64,000 bases of DNA, taken from an uncultured Eggerthellaceae bacterium. Lineage in GTDB: Bacteria; Actinomycetota; Coriobacteriia; Coriobacteriales; Eggerthellaceae. The notes beneath the pieces were generated by a model, which was not told the origin of the DNA, made no database searches, and was given only the letters and a program-made list of their open reading frames with translations. The DNA lies in contig CANQRF010000007.1 in the NCBI GenBank assembly GCA_947626195.1, forward strand, positions 15,948 through 79,947, read 5' to 3'. The position numbers were made by a program, and so were the translations under genes. Positions 1-10,031 of this stretch are shown one piece after another. The stretch's first letter is position 1; the number at the start of each line of letters is the position of its first letter.

Positions 1-835
1 CGCCGAGACAAGCAGCAGCGAGTACATTGCATGCATTTATCTTGGCTATGATAACATCATCATATTTGTAATCCGTATACTGATTTAATTTCTCATAAAA
101 CTTAGCCTCGTCTCTTCGATATTGAGCTCTTTCCGCGGCGGTACCACTGTATCCCCATGCAGCGCCATGTCGTCTCCAAACCGAAGTAGGTTCTGGAGAG
201 AAATAGACTTTCCCAATCAAAGACAGATAAATAAAAAGCGGAAGATCGGAGATTGACAACATGGATCCATCCCCGCCACCAATCTTCTTGAACAAGTCAG
301 GCCGATTCGCGGCATCGGACTTCCGAAACAAACACGTATTCAATTGTGGCGGGCAATTTTCCCACATCATAATCTTTTCTGGGGGGACATCGCCGCTAGG
401 CAAATTTGTTTTAGCAAGCTTCATCTTATTGCCAAATAAGTAATAGTAGTTTGTCAAGCAAAGAGAATAGTCTCGATTGCTCTCCAAAAAGTCCACTTGT
501 TTTTGAAGCCTATCTTCCGTTATCCAATAGTCATCACCGTCGCAATAGGCGATATATTTTCCTTGCGCCGTTGGATAAAAATAATCCCAGATAATATCAC
601 CGCCGTTTTTTCTTTGGTTTCTTTCCTGAAATATCGGTTTAATAATAGCTGGATATCTATTTGCATATTCCTCAATTATGCTTGATGTGCTATCAGTTGA
701 TGCATCGTCATTGCATATTATTTCAAAAGGGAAATCTGTCCTTTGTCCCACTAAGCTTTCTAAGGCTTCCGCAATATATTCTTCATGATTGTAAGCCAGA
801 CAACATATAGAAACAACTACCTTATTTTGGTTCAT
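1..835 (-). CDS. Glycosyltransferase family 2 (partial; C-terminus runs off the window start)
   Basis: Absent from the ORF track because it is open at position 1. Reverse-strand ATG at 835-833 gives MNQNKVVVSICCLAYNHEEYIAEALESLVGQRTDFPFEIICNDDASTDST...IAYCDGDDYW. This is a GT-A N-terminal fold with DDAS and DGDD (DxD-type) motifs typical of GT2. I found no in-frame stop down to position 1. Confidence 0.7.
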   Translation of the reverse strand, partial: MNQNKVVVSICCLAYNHEEYIAEALESLVGQRTDFPFEIICNDDASTDSTSSIIEEYANRYPAIIKPIFQERNQRKNGGDIIWDYFYPTAQGKYIAYCDGDDYWITEDRLQKQVDFLESNRDYSLCLTNYYYLFGNKMKLAKTNLPSGDVPPEKIMMWENCPPQLNTCLFRKSDAANRPDLFKKIGGGDGSMLSISDLPLFIYLSLIGKVYFSPEPTSVWRRHGAAWGYSGTAAERAQYRRDEAKFYEKLNQYTDYKYDDVIIAKINACNVLAAACLG

Positions 836-852
836 TTTTGCTCCCGAATAAA

Positions 853-2301
853 TCATAAGCTGAAAGATTCGTGTTTTCTATTTTTATTTCGAACCATATT
901 CTCTGTAGCTTTTCTGGTAGTCATAAGAGATACTTTTTTATGATTGGAAATCTTAGCACTTCCTGTTTCGCTTGAAAATATCGCATAGATAATTTGAAAA
1001 ATGACAAGTTGTGAGAAGTTGTAGGCAAAGCCGAAGCAAAAAAGGGAAACGATTAGCGCTCTCATCCAACCGGAGTATTTTCTGAAATAACTCCAGTACA
1101 TAACAAGGTAACAAATCCCCCCAGCAATCCCCACCCCAGCAAAAACCGACGCGAAGTCTGATTCAATTGTCCACACCCTCCCAAGAAACTCATTTCCTAA
1201 ATACTCTTCAATCGCATTGTGATAGCTTGTAAAAATAACGCCTGAGGATTTAAAACCAACTCCAAGCACCGATATATCTGGTGTAAGCGAAGTAAGCTGA
1301 ATAAATGTTTCCGGGATAAGCAACAAGTGCCTTGCCGTTCCTATATCATCCGTTAAAATGAGCATAGAGCCTTGGTTATTGAATAAATTGAATCTGTATA
1401 GGAATTTTAACAAAGTCTCCTGAATTGCAGGAATGTTTATTAATAAAACAACAATAGCTACTATTACTATTATTTTAATAGTAATAGTAGCTATTGTTGT
1501 TTTTGTAATAACAGAACTGCCACTTCTCTTATTGTCGAAGAGTCCAATTATTATAAAGGCAAGGAAAAGTGCTGCAAAACCGAGAATAGTGGCACGTTGT
1601 GTTGAAAGAGCTGCGCACAAAAAATAAATTCCTCTAAAGTAATTGCTCTCATCAATAGCAAATCCTATTATCAATAAAAATCCAAGAAAAGCACCTTCGT
1701 GGTTCAGACCAGTTAATCGAAAGGCATTTCCTATTTGGGTACCAGATAGATTAGTCCATTCCTCCTGTCCCAATCCTCCTAGAAAATCCCCCAGAAAAAC
1801 TTCAGTCAGATTGAAGTTAAAAATAGTCCATAAAATATATTGCGCGATTGCCCATAACGCCTGTATTCGACACGTGTACTTGAGAGAAAGCTTTAGACTA
1901 TCAACTACTCTGTTTCTGGAATATAGCAATATACATAAAGGTAGCGCTAATACTGCAATTTGTATTGCAGTATATATATTTGTTTGAAGATATTCATTCG
2001 GAAGAAATGTTCGCGTTAAGGCCAAGATTGAAGAAAGCAAGCAAATTAATAAAAACCAGAAATATGGAGTTTTGACCGGGATGGAGATCCTTTTCATGGT
2101 AAACAGAAGATAAAGAAGCAGAGGGATGGGGGCTATAGTGTTTAATGAAATACTATCGATTTTAAGCAATCCATCGGTCATTGCTTCTAAATCAATACTT
2201 GAGCCAACGATAGACGAAAAGAAAACTGCGATAAAACATACCATGAGCTCTAAGCTATTATTTCTATTTTTTATTTTTTTCTGAGCCATGCTCTTATTCA
2301 T
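853..2301 (-). CDS. Polytopic membrane protein, Wzy-type O-antigen/EPS polymerase or O-antigen-ligase-like
   Basis: 482 aa and very hydrophobic, with about 10 or more predicted TM segments and one larger polar loop. It lies inside a glycan gene cluster. Assignment rests on topology and context only, with no strong motif. Confidence 0.5.
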   Translation of the reverse strand: MNKSMAQKKIKNRNNSLELMVCFIAVFFSSIVGSSIDLEAMTDGLLKIDSISLNTIAPIPLLLYLLFTMKRISIPVKTPYFWFLLICLLSSILALTRTFLPNEYLQTNIYTAIQIAVLALPLCILLYSRNRVVDSLKLSLKYTCRIQALWAIAQYILWTIFNFNLTEVFLGDFLGGLGQEEWTNLSGTQIGNAFRLTGLNHEGAFLGFLLIIGFAIDESNYFRGIYFLCAALSTQRATILGFAALFLAFIIIGLFDNKRSGSSVITKTTIATITIKIIVIVAIVVLLINIPAIQETLLKFLYRFNLFNNQGSMLILTDDIGTARHLLLIPETFIQLTSLTPDISVLGVGFKSSGVIFTSYHNAIEEYLGNEFLGRVWTIESDFASVFAGVGIAGGICYLVMYWSYFRKYSGWMRALIVSLFCFGFAYNFSQLVIFQIIYAIFSSETGSAKISNHKKVSLMTTRKATENMVRNKNRKHESFSL

Positions 2302-2324
2302 TCAATTATAGACAAATGCTCTAT

Positions 2325-3368
2325 TCATTCGGATAAATATTCAAGGAGATTAATTGCTGAAGATTTCCATGAATATTTCTGCAGAATATTATTGGCCGTT
2401 TCTTCGTGCGTTTCAGATAATAAGGTTTTGATGCGAATATTTGGGTCTTCGGGATTTATATAAATCGCAGAGTCCCCGTAAACTTCGCGGAACACCGGAA
2501 TATCCGATATGACAATTCTTGCACCTAAAGAGAGTGCTTCCAAAGGTGGCATCCCAAAACCCTCGTATAATGAAGGGAATAAAAAAGCTTTGCAGCTCTT
2601 CATGAGGAGAGCTAGGATTGCATCGCTTACATAACCAAGCTCAATCACATTCGGCAGAAGCGTGGTCGCATCATCTTTATAAACCCTCCCGTTTACATCA
2701 CCAGCAAAAACAAAGATTTCTTCAGGATTATATTGAGCAAGCTTCGTTATCCATGAGAAATTTTTATACTTTGCCCGCGAGGCAACTGCGAGTAAAAAAC
2801 CTTTTTCTTGAAGCCCTAATGATACGAGCGAAGACACATCAGCTACATTGATTTCCGTCATATGTTGCCACCCGGGGGCAACAACCGTCATCTTGTCTGC
2901 GATTTTGGGGTAAATTTTTTTAACTTCCGACACGGTAAAGTAAGACGTGGCAAAGAATTTTTCTCCCTTTTGCTCATACCGTCTAAAAAGCGTCCGATAC
3001 CAAAGCTTATAAAAGGAAGAGTACGCTTCTGCAAAGTTGCGGAAAAGTAGGTCATGGACGCACACCACGCCTGGATACGAAAGAGGTGCCGCGTTGCAGA
3101 GGTTTAACGGCGTTCTATTCACTCTCTTTGCATACGATGGAAATTCCGTTTGCTCCCACATCACACCAGTCTTTGTACCTAAAGCAATAATTTCAATGTT
3201 TTTTAGGCTAAGATCATTTAGGATCTTATCGTGAGGACAAGCAAGCATAAACATTCCTTGCGGGACAATGCGATCAAGTGCCAAAACAAGTTCTTTGGCG
3301 TAGCGTTGCACTCCGGTTAAGCGCTGAGTTAAGAACTTTCCATTGATGGCATATCTTTTTTTCGTCAT
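2325..3368 (-). CDS. Glycosyltransferase family 4 (GT-B, group 1)
   Basis: 347 aa. The C-terminal signature FPSLYEGFGMPPLEALSLGARIVISD matches the E-x7-E/EGFG motif of retaining GT4 enzymes. Confidence 0.75.
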   Translation of the reverse strand: MTKKRYAINGKFLTQRLTGVQRYAKELVLALDRIVPQGMFMLACPHDKILNDLSLKNIEIIALGTKTGVMWEQTEFPSYAKRVNRTPLNLCNAAPLSYPGVVCVHDLLFRNFAEAYSSFYKLWYRTLFRRYEQKGEKFFATSYFTVSEVKKIYPKIADKMTVVAPGWQHMTEINVADVSSLVSLGLQEKGFLLAVASRAKYKNFSWITKLAQYNPEEIFVFAGDVNGRVYKDDATTLLPNVIELGYVSDAILALLMKSCKAFLFPSLYEGFGMPPLEALSLGARIVISDIPVFREVYGDSAIYINPEDPNIRIKTLLSETHEETANNILQKYSWKSSAINLLEYLSE

Positions 3369-3377
3369 GCGGCTCGC

Positions 3378-4430
3378 CTACGATCCCAAGCTGATGCTAT
3401 CTGGTAAGGAAGCGCCCCCCCCAGCAACTTTTCTTCGCCACCACGAAAGAAGATCTTCCATGGTCTGCTCAAAGGGGATCCTAGGTTCCCAACCAGTATG
3501 AGCTTTAAACTTTGAGCAATCTGGAATCTGAAGGTCTGCGTCGATCGGCCTCAGCCGCGCTGGATCGACTTCAACACGTAACTTATTTTTTAACGGTGAG
3601 AGCGAAATCAGCGTATTGAGCGTATCCCCAACTTCGCAAGTATACGTACCACCAATGTTGTAGTATTCTCCCGGCACAGGATCTTTCGTTACCAGCATAT
3701 AATATGCGTGTACCGCATCGCGTACATCGGCATATGTACGAAGTGATTTTAAATTACCTACCTGAATGACTGGCTCAATCTTACCAGCCTCGGCAAGTGC
3801 AATTTGCTTCGCAAATGTTGACTCGTGAAAGACATCCCCTCTTCTTGGACCAGTATGCGTAAACATACGAGTTGTCATGACGCACATGCCGTAAGCCTCC
3901 GCATAGAAACGCCCCAAAAGGTCGGTTCCAACTTTTGAAATCGCATAAGGTGATGCAGGATGAAACGAACACTCTTCATGTATTCCGCTCTCTGGCTTTT
4001 TCTCGGGCGGTATCTTACCGAATACTTCAGAAGAGGCACAGATATGAACTACGGGACGATAAGATGGAACACGGTCGATTGCATTGCGCAAAGCCTCTAA
4101 TAAACGTGCTGTTCCAAGAATATTCGTATTCAAAGTATCAAGAGGGGTCGTAAAGCTCGTCAAAGGATAACTTTGAGCCGCCAAATGGAACACATAATCC
4201 GGCATAACTTCATCAATAACATGAATCAGAGATATCTCATCATTAACGTCAGCATATCGAAAATATACCCTATCATTTCGGTTTGCTCGGTCAAGGAGAT
4301 GTTCGACATTCTCAAGAGGGCTACGCCAACGACAAACGCCATAGATATCCCAGTCAGTATTTTCGAGAAGATAATCGCTTAAATGGCTTCCCACCATTCC
4401 CGTTATTCCGGTAATCAAAGCTTTCGTCAT
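3378..4430 (-). CDS. Extended SDR, GDP-sugar (GDP-heptose/GDP-mannose) 4,6-dehydratase-like
   Basis: Rossmann motif ITGITGMVGSH, catalytic SSE (ICASSEVFG) and YxxxK (SPYAISK). It is adjacent to GDP-heptose biosynthesis genes, as DmhA/WcbK-type enzymes are. The exact substrate is not provable from sequence. Confidence 0.65.
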   Translation of the reverse strand: MTKALITGITGMVGSHLSDYLLENTDWDIYGVCRWRSPLENVEHLLDRANRNDRVYFRYADVNDEISLIHVIDEVMPDYVFHLAAQSYPLTSFTTPLDTLNTNILGTARLLEALRNAIDRVPSYRPVVHICASSEVFGKIPPEKKPESGIHEECSFHPASPYAISKVGTDLLGRFYAEAYGMCVMTTRMFTHTGPRRGDVFHESTFAKQIALAEAGKIEPVIQVGNLKSLRTYADVRDAVHAYYMLVTKDPVPGEYYNIGGTYTCEVGDTLNTLISLSPLKNKLRVEVDPARLRPIDADLQIPDCSKFKAHTGWEPRIPFEQTMEDLLSWWRRKVAGGGASLPDSISLGS

Positions 4431-5353
4431 AATTGTATTCCTTCAAGTTCTTGCCTATACGCCTCTGAAAAGGAACGCGTCCGGATAATTCCGAGATTAT
4501 AGAGATATATGCTCTCCATTTGTGTTATCGCAGGTCGGCCCATATAAAATACGGATCCCGGAAATTCGATTGAATAACTTATCTCAGAAACCCATCTTGA
4601 GATTTCATCCGCCATACGCACCTTGCTCACTAGCTCAGTGCCTGCGCAATTCAAAAACTGTGAGTCAAAACTGTTCCAATTTTTCTCAAGCCAAATCACG
4701 ATCTTAATAACATCGCTAAGACAAACTACGTTTCTGTAATAGGGGTGATAAATTCTTGCCTCTTGCCCTGATTGGATACAAGACAAAAGGTACGAGGTAA
4801 GTTTATCTTGCGGTGAAGCTACATAAGAGAGCCGTAGAGCTTTGAAGTCTTTCTCTCCTAAAAAGTGATTCTCAACTGCAGCTTTCATTTTCCCATAAGC
4901 AAATTGGGGATCAGTAGGGCTGTTTTCATTGTATACAGATGCACCTTGAGAACTATAGACCGCATCACTTGAAAAAAAGAGTACTCGAACACCCTGCTTG
5001 AGCATGCGCTCAATGCAATAAACCGTACCAGTTACATTAACTGCCCATGCATGATTATAATCATTTAGGCAAGCGTCAGGACTCGAAATCGCTGCTGTAA
5101 ATATTGCATAATCAGATGGATCAAGGAGCTGGTAGTCGAAAGCTTCAGGACTCGTTAGCTCAATAGCTAGATCTGAAGAACAACGATCCAAACCCACTAC
5201 TTCGTAATGAGCATCTGCGAATGATCTTGTGAGGCTTTTACCTATATAACCATTAGACCCTATGATAAAAACACGAGATACCCTATTCACCCACTCTCGC
5301 AAACGGCACCCCGGCTCTTTTCGCTGCTTCAGCATCTTTTGGTTTGTCTCCAT
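4427..5353 (-). CDS. NAD-dependent epimerase/reductase (SDR), candidate 4-keto-6-deoxy-heptose reductase/epimerase
   Basis: GxxGxxG (IIGSNGYIGKS) and YxxxK (FAYGKMK). The first roughly 70 nt of the ORF overlap the upstream gene, and the Rossmann motif starts at about residue 30. The true start is therefore probably internal and is uncertain. Confidence 0.55.
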   Translation of the reverse strand: METNQKMLKQRKEPGCRLREWVNRVSRVFIIGSNGYIGKSLTRSFADAHYEVVGLDRCSSDLAIELTSPEAFDYQLLDPSDYAIFTAAISSPDACLNDYNHAWAVNVTGTVYCIERMLKQGVRVLFFSSDAVYSSQGASVYNENSPTDPQFAYGKMKAAVENHFLGEKDFKALRLSYVASPQDKLTSYLLSCIQSGQEARIYHPYYRNVVCLSDVIKIVIWLEKNWNSFDSQFLNCAGTELVSKVRMADEISRWVSEISYSIEFPGSVFYMGRPAITQMESIYLYNLGIIRTRSFSEAYRQELEGIQL

Positions 5354-6467
5354 GCATGATACAAGAACTGGGATCAGCCTCGAACTCAGATAGAGCTTTC
5401 AAAAGCATGCCTGGCTCTGGTTTTCGACAGGAACATTCTCCCGTAAAGTCAGGATGATGAGGGCAAAAGTAATAAGCATCAATATATGCATCTTCATCGG
5501 CAAGAGCTTCATCCATAACGTCGTGAAGTATATGCATATCAGTCTCTGTATATAAACCTTTTGCTATACCTGCCTGATTTGTTACTACTACCACCTTATA
5601 CCCCTTGCGGTTGTAATTTCTTATAAGATCAACCGCTTCCGGAATAAGAACAAGATCTTTTGAATCATGCAAATGCCCTATATCGACGTTAATGGTTCCG
5701 TCCCAGTCAAAAAAAGCTATACGTGCTGGTAGACATATATCTCGTAAGATCTCATGGGCAGATTTATAGCTTTCGGGAGTTCCGATATCAATAAATCGTC
5801 CCTCAAAAACGCATCCATAAATTCTGCCTTCTGACGCCATCCTCTCGAAAAAGTCGTATTCAATTGAAAAAGCTTTCGGATAATTTGCAAAGGCGTCTTT
5901 CTTGATAAGATAAACTCCGGAACTTATCATTTGAGAACAGCTTTCGCCTTTTTCGATAAAAGATTTAATCTTTCCTTCAGCATCGAAACTAACTCCTCCA
6001 TAGCGGTCTGCATCCTTATGAAGAACACATCCGACAATGCATGACACTAAAGGATTGATGGCAATAACTCGGTTCTTGCATGTCAGCAGTACATCTGAAT
6101 TGAAATCACAATAGCTATCGCCATTAAGTGCAAGCACCCATTCGTCACGGCAAAAAGAAAGCGCCCGTTTCAAGGCACCTCCTGTTCCTAAAGGGCTATC
6201 TTCTCTACTATATGTAATATGCATGCCCCGATAAGACACACCAAAGTACTTCTCTATAGCAGCAGCCTTATAACCAACCGCCAAAATCACATGCCGTATA
6301 CGCTGGTCTGATAGTCGATTGAGTAAATAAACGAGAAAAGGCTTCCCTGCTACTTCCGCCATTGGCTTTGGCAGATCACTCGCTATGGCATTTCGAAGCC
6401 GTGTTCCCTTGCCTCCCGCAAGGACCACTGCCTCCCGTATAAGTTTATTTTTCACGCTCATTGCCAA
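5283..6467 (-). CDS. Bifunctional fusion: D-glycero-D-manno-heptose-1-phosphate guanylyltransferase-like (HddC-type) N-domain + GmhB-type HAD phosphatase C-domain
   Basis: The N-terminus VVLAGGKGTRLRNAIASDLPKPMAEVAGKP is the sugar-1-P nucleotidyltransferase signature. The C-terminus IAFFDWDGTIN...VVVTNQAGIAKG...YYFCPHHPDFTGECSCRKPEPGM...GDKPKDAEAA carries HAD motifs I-IV plus the Cys-rich Zn loop of D,D-heptose-1,7-bisphosphate phosphatases. Confidence 0.75.
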   Translation of the reverse strand: MAMSVKNKLIREAVVLAGGKGTRLRNAIASDLPKPMAEVAGKPFLVYLLNRLSDQRIRHVILAVGYKAAAIEKYFGVSYRGMHITYSREDSPLGTGGALKRALSFCRDEWVLALNGDSYCDFNSDVLLTCKNRVIAINPLVSCIVGCVLHKDADRYGGVSFDAEGKIKSFIEKGESCSQMISSGVYLIKKDAFANYPKAFSIEYDFFERMASEGRIYGCVFEGRFIDIGTPESYKSAHEILRDICLPARIAFFDWDGTINVDIGHLHDSKDLVLIPEAVDLIRNYNRKGYKVVVVTNQAGIAKGLYTETDMHILHDVMDEALADEDAYIDAYYFCPHHPDFTGECSCRKPEPGMLLKALSEFEADPSSCIMHGDKPKDAEAAKRAGVPFARVGE

Positions 6468-7119
6468 AAAAATGATTCTCGAGAGTACGGCAAAGGGTGT
6501 GATAAAGAGGCAGAGTGAGTTCCTGAATAGCTGCAGTTTCTTGCCCAGGAATTCGAATCGTCACTTTGCATAGTTCTGATAAACGAGAATCATTGCTTCC
6601 CGTTATGGCAATTGTGGCCATATGCAAAGCTCGTGCTACCTTTGCTGCTTCGACGATGTTCTGGGAATTACCAGAAGTGGAAAAACAGAGAAGGGCATCT
6701 TGAGATCGCCCATATCCAAAAACTTGCTGTGCGAAAACTGCTTCGTAACCGCAGTCGTTTCCAAGTGCCGTCAAAAGGGATACCTGAGAAGAAAGCGAGA
6801 TGGCAGGAAGCGCTGGCGCAAGATAAGCAGGCGGTAGCTCCCCATTTGCGTCTTTATATGCTCGGCAAAACTCATTGCTCAGCGAACGTTGGCGCTCAAA
6901 GTTTTTCATGAGCTCCCCAACCATATGTTCTGAATCGGAAGCTGATCCCCCGTTCCCGCAAACGAGAAGCTTCCCTCCTCGCTCAAAACAAGAAACAAGG
7001 ACGTTATACGCCGCTAAGATCGAATCCCTGCATGACAAAAGGCTTGTATACTGCTGAAAAAGCTTATCAAACACCATTATGCTATCCGCGTCACCCAAGG
7101 TCATACTCTTCAGGTTCAC
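6445..7119 (-). CDS. gmhA: Phosphoheptose isomerase (SIS domain), copy 1
   Basis: 224 aa SIS protein with LLVCGNGGSASDSEHMVGEL and FSTSGNS motifs. It sits between the heptose kinase and the nucleotidyltransferase. Confidence 0.8.
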   Translation of the reverse strand: MNLKSMTLGDADSIMVFDKLFQQYTSLLSCRDSILAAYNVLVSCFERGGKLLVCGNGGSASDSEHMVGELMKNFERQRSLSNEFCRAYKDANGELPPAYLAPALPAISLSSQVSLLTALGNDCGYEAVFAQQVFGYGRSQDALLCFSTSGNSQNIVEAAKVARALHMATIAITGSNDSRLSELCKVTIRIPGQETAAIQELTLPLYHTLCRTLENHFFGNEREK

Positions 7120-8083
7120 AGAAAATTACCCGCGAACCCTTATCCTCAAAATTGAAAGGTATCTCAAGAAGATCGGAGAGAGCGTTTCTTAAGCATTCTT
7201 GAGCATCGGGTTCCACATAAAACAAAAGGAAACCACCACCTCCGGCACCAAGCAACTTTCCACCTGTCGCGCCATGGGAAACACCCTTTTCGTAAATGGC
7301 GTCGATATATGGGGGTGACACCTTCTCCTCAATGCTTCGCTTTAGCTGCCATGAATAATTGAGGAGTTCGCCAAAACGCGAAAGATTGGACGATTTGTTG
7401 GTCAGCAATTGCTGGGCTTCATCAACAAGAGACACCATCTCATTCAGCGTTTCCGTCTTTTTATCGAAACGCGTCGATTTTTGGATTTCCGCAGATGTTC
7501 GCGTGAAGCCAGTAAAAAAAAGGAGGAGATTGTTTTCTAGTTCTCTCTTTTTTTCTGGATATATGATCACCGGAGAGACCTCAAACCCCTCTTCTGAAAA
7601 ATCAATGCGATTGAACCCGCCAAAGGCAGCAGCGATTTGATCTTGCCAGCCACCCGCTTCATCGCAGAGTTCCCTCTCTAAATGAATAGCTTCCTGTGCC
7701 AATTCTTTCGGGCTTTTGTAAGAACCCTTAAGACTATGAAAAGCCTGGAGCATTCCTACAGCAAACGAGGACGATGTTCCAAGTCCTGTTCTTGCCGGAA
7801 GATCACCCTCATAGGTAAGACGAATTTCTCTCATATCCAGAAGTCGCATAGCTTCCCTGATGACAGGATGCTCGATATCCTCAAGAGAGCTGACACGTTC
7901 TATGCGAGAGTAAGAAAGTTCGGTTGAATAGCTGAAGAATCTAGGAAGATGCCTTGCGTTCACATAGCAATACTTGTCGAACGTGGTCGAAAGTACTGCG
8001 CCACCATGTTTTTTAAAATGAGCCGGGACATCGCTTCCCCCGCCAAAGAATGACATTCGGAATGGTGTTTGAGTAATAATCAC
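7091..8083 (-). CDS. hddA: GHMP kinase, D-glycero-alpha-D-manno-heptose-7-phosphate kinase type, copy 1
   Basis: 330 aa. N-terminus MIITQTPFRMSFFGGGSDVP, GHMP motif II PARTGLGTSSSF and C-terminal GGKLLGAGGGGFLLF. Confidence 0.75.
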   Translation of the reverse strand: MIITQTPFRMSFFGGGSDVPAHFKKHGGAVLSTTFDKYCYVNARHLPRFFSYSTELSYSRIERVSSLEDIEHPVIREAMRLLDMREIRLTYEGDLPARTGLGTSSSFAVGMLQAFHSLKGSYKSPKELAQEAIHLERELCDEAGGWQDQIAAAFGGFNRIDFSEEGFEVSPVIIYPEKKRELENNLLLFFTGFTRTSAEIQKSTRFDKKTETLNEMVSLVDEAQQLLTNKSSNLSRFGELLNYSWQLKRSIEEKVSPPYIDAIYEKGVSHGATGGKLLGAGGGGFLLFYVEPDAQECLRNALSDLLEIPFNFEDKGSRVIFCEPEEYDLG

Positions 8084-8164
8084 AACAACATTTCTTTCTG
8101 CTTCATATGAGAGATTTTTTCTATTTAAGGTGCATAAAAATCATAATTATTCGTCGACAAAACA

Positions 8165-9289
8165 TTATGGCTCAGGAGATTCAATTGCGCGTTCACATGC
8201 CAATTTTATATTTTCGCGAAATGCCTCTCGTGAAAACTGACGAGCGCGTTTAACCATCGCCTCTAAAGATATTTCCGACGTTCCAGAGGCTTGTCCATTT
8301 TCAAACTCCTCAATACAACGCACGAGAGCGTCTGCAGTTTGTTCATAAAAGAACAAACCCGTCTTTTTATCGATGACGGTTTCCAGAGCTCCACCTTCGC
8401 CGAAGGCGATAATGGGGCAGCCTGCCGACATAGCCTCAACCGGCGTTAAACCAAAATCCTCTTTCCCGGGAAACAGAAGCGCCTTAGCACCTGAATATAA
8501 TAGCCACTTCTCATCATCGTTAAGAAATCCCGCAAATGTGACCGTAGGCCCCGCAATCTCCTTAAGAGCCGGAAGTTCTTCTCCTTCGCCCACAACAATA
8601 AGAGGTCGCCCAAGCTGGGTGCAAGCACGCACGGCAAGATCAACTCTTTTATACGAAACCAACCTTGATACAACAAGGTAAAAATCATCTCGCTCAGAAG
8701 GTACCGATAAAGGACTCACTTTGATACCAGGGTATATTATCTCCGAATCTCGGCGATAATACTTATTAATACGCTTCGCTACATTGTGACTGTTCGTCAT
8801 AAAATAATCCACTCGTTGCGCAGCAAGGTAATCCCATTGCCTCACTTTGTGGATAAAATACGGCATAGCAAGTTGTTTATAGAGAGGGGCACTCTTTAAA
8901 TAATCATAATAAAGATCCCACAGGTAACGCGTGGGGGTATGGCAATAGCAAACATGCTTTGCCGAGGAAGAAGTAATGACACCCTTACAGCAGCTCGAAC
9001 AAGAGGAAAGAACCAAATCGTAAGAGGTTAGATCGAGTGCCTCCCAAGCTTGGGGCATCAAAGGAAGCAAAAGTTTATGGTGTGTTTTAGCGCCTGGAAT
9101 TTCTTGGAGATACGTTGTCCTTATTTCACATTCGCGCGTCCATGCTGGCGCTTTCTCATCATCATATACTAGGGTATAAATAGGCGCATCAGGGAAAATG
9201 CTGTGGAAATCATAGAGAACCTCTTCTCCTCCACCCGTTCCCACTAGCCAATCATGGACAAGCGCTACTTTTACTTTTTCTAGTCCCAA
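8165..9289 (-). CDS. Glycosyltransferase family 4
   Basis: 374 aa. N-terminal VALVHDWLVGTGGGEEVL and C-terminal FPGKEDFGLTPVEAMSAGCPIIAFGEGG (GT-B/GT4 motif). Confidence 0.75.
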   Translation of the reverse strand: MGLEKVKVALVHDWLVGTGGGEEVLYDFHSIFPDAPIYTLVYDDEKAPAWTRECEIRTTYLQEIPGAKTHHKLLLPLMPQAWEALDLTSYDLVLSSCSSCCKGVITSSSAKHVCYCHTPTRYLWDLYYDYLKSAPLYKQLAMPYFIHKVRQWDYLAAQRVDYFMTNSHNVAKRINKYYRRDSEIIYPGIKVSPLSVPSERDDFYLVVSRLVSYKRVDLAVRACTQLGRPLIVVGEGEELPALKEIAGPTVTFAGFLNDDEKWLLYSGAKALLFPGKEDFGLTPVEAMSAGCPIIAFGEGGALETVIDKKTGLFFYEQTADALVRCIEEFENGQASGTSEISLEAMVKRARQFSREAFRENIKLACERAIESPEP

Positions 9290-9407
9290 ACCAACTTCTC
9301 CCGTTTAAAGTAGATATTGCCTTTCAATTCATCTCAATTATTCCCGTAAAGAGCGTCATGCGTAAGAACTATTTGAATCAATCAAGAACCCTCTGATCTC
9401 AGCAGCA

Positions 9408-10031
9408 CTACAGGATTCGAAAATCTCGCTTCTCAACAGAACCATGTTCTTTACATAACACCGACATCATCATGTGATCGAGCACCATATGTATATCTTC
9501 GGCTATTTGCATATCATCTACAGGAACGTGCAAATGATAGTCGACCATCTGCCCCAGTTTTCCGCCATCGTAGCCCGTTAAAGCAACAGTAAAGACACCA
9601 AGCGCTTTCGCCTCTTCGCTAGCAAGACACACGTTCCGAGAGTTGCCCGAGCCTGATATAAGAATCAAAACATCGCCAGATTCCGCAAGAAGCTTCAATT
9701 GGCACGAAAAGATGTGATCGTAATCGATGTCGTTTGAAATAGCAGTAGCCATCGGTGTGTTGTCGCTCAAACACATCATTTTGAAAGGGATGGAGGTTGC
9801 TTCTTGGATACCCTTTGAAAAGTCGCATACAAAATGGCTTGCCGTTGCCGACGATCCCCCATTGCCGCATACAAAAAAACGGGCACCTTCACGAGCCTTA
9901 TCAACGAGAAAGTTCATGACATGGGACACGTTTTCTAAGTCTAGAGCATCTAAAACACGCTTTTCACGTTTGATATAAGATGCTAGTTCCTTGGTGTAAT
10001 CAGTCATCAATATTTTTTGCTTTCTTGCCAT
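9408..10031 (-). CDS. gmhA: SIS-domain phosphoheptose isomerase paralogue, copy 2
   Basis: 207 aa with FFVCGNGGSSATASHFVCDF and ISGSGNS motifs. It is clearly diverged from the 6445-7119 copy. Confidence 0.7.
   Translation of the reverse strand: MARKQKILMTDYTKELASYIKREKRVLDALDLENVSHVMNFLVDKAREGARFFVCGNGGSSATASHFVCDFSKGIQEATSIPFKMMCLSDNTPMATAISNDIDYDHIFSCQLKLLAESGDVLILISGSGNSRNVCLASEEAKALGVFTVALTGYDGGKLGQMVDYHLHVPVDDMQIAEDIHMVLDHMMMSVLCKEHGSVEKRDFRIL

Noticed and set aside
1433-1987. Plus-strand ORFs (64 and 114 aa) inside the Wzy-like gene, and similar short ORFs antisense to the glycosyltransferase and SDR genes (2618-3234, 3935-4382).
   Set aside because: They are antisense to longer, motif-supported or topology-supported genes in a uniformly minus-strand operon, and no independent support exists for them.
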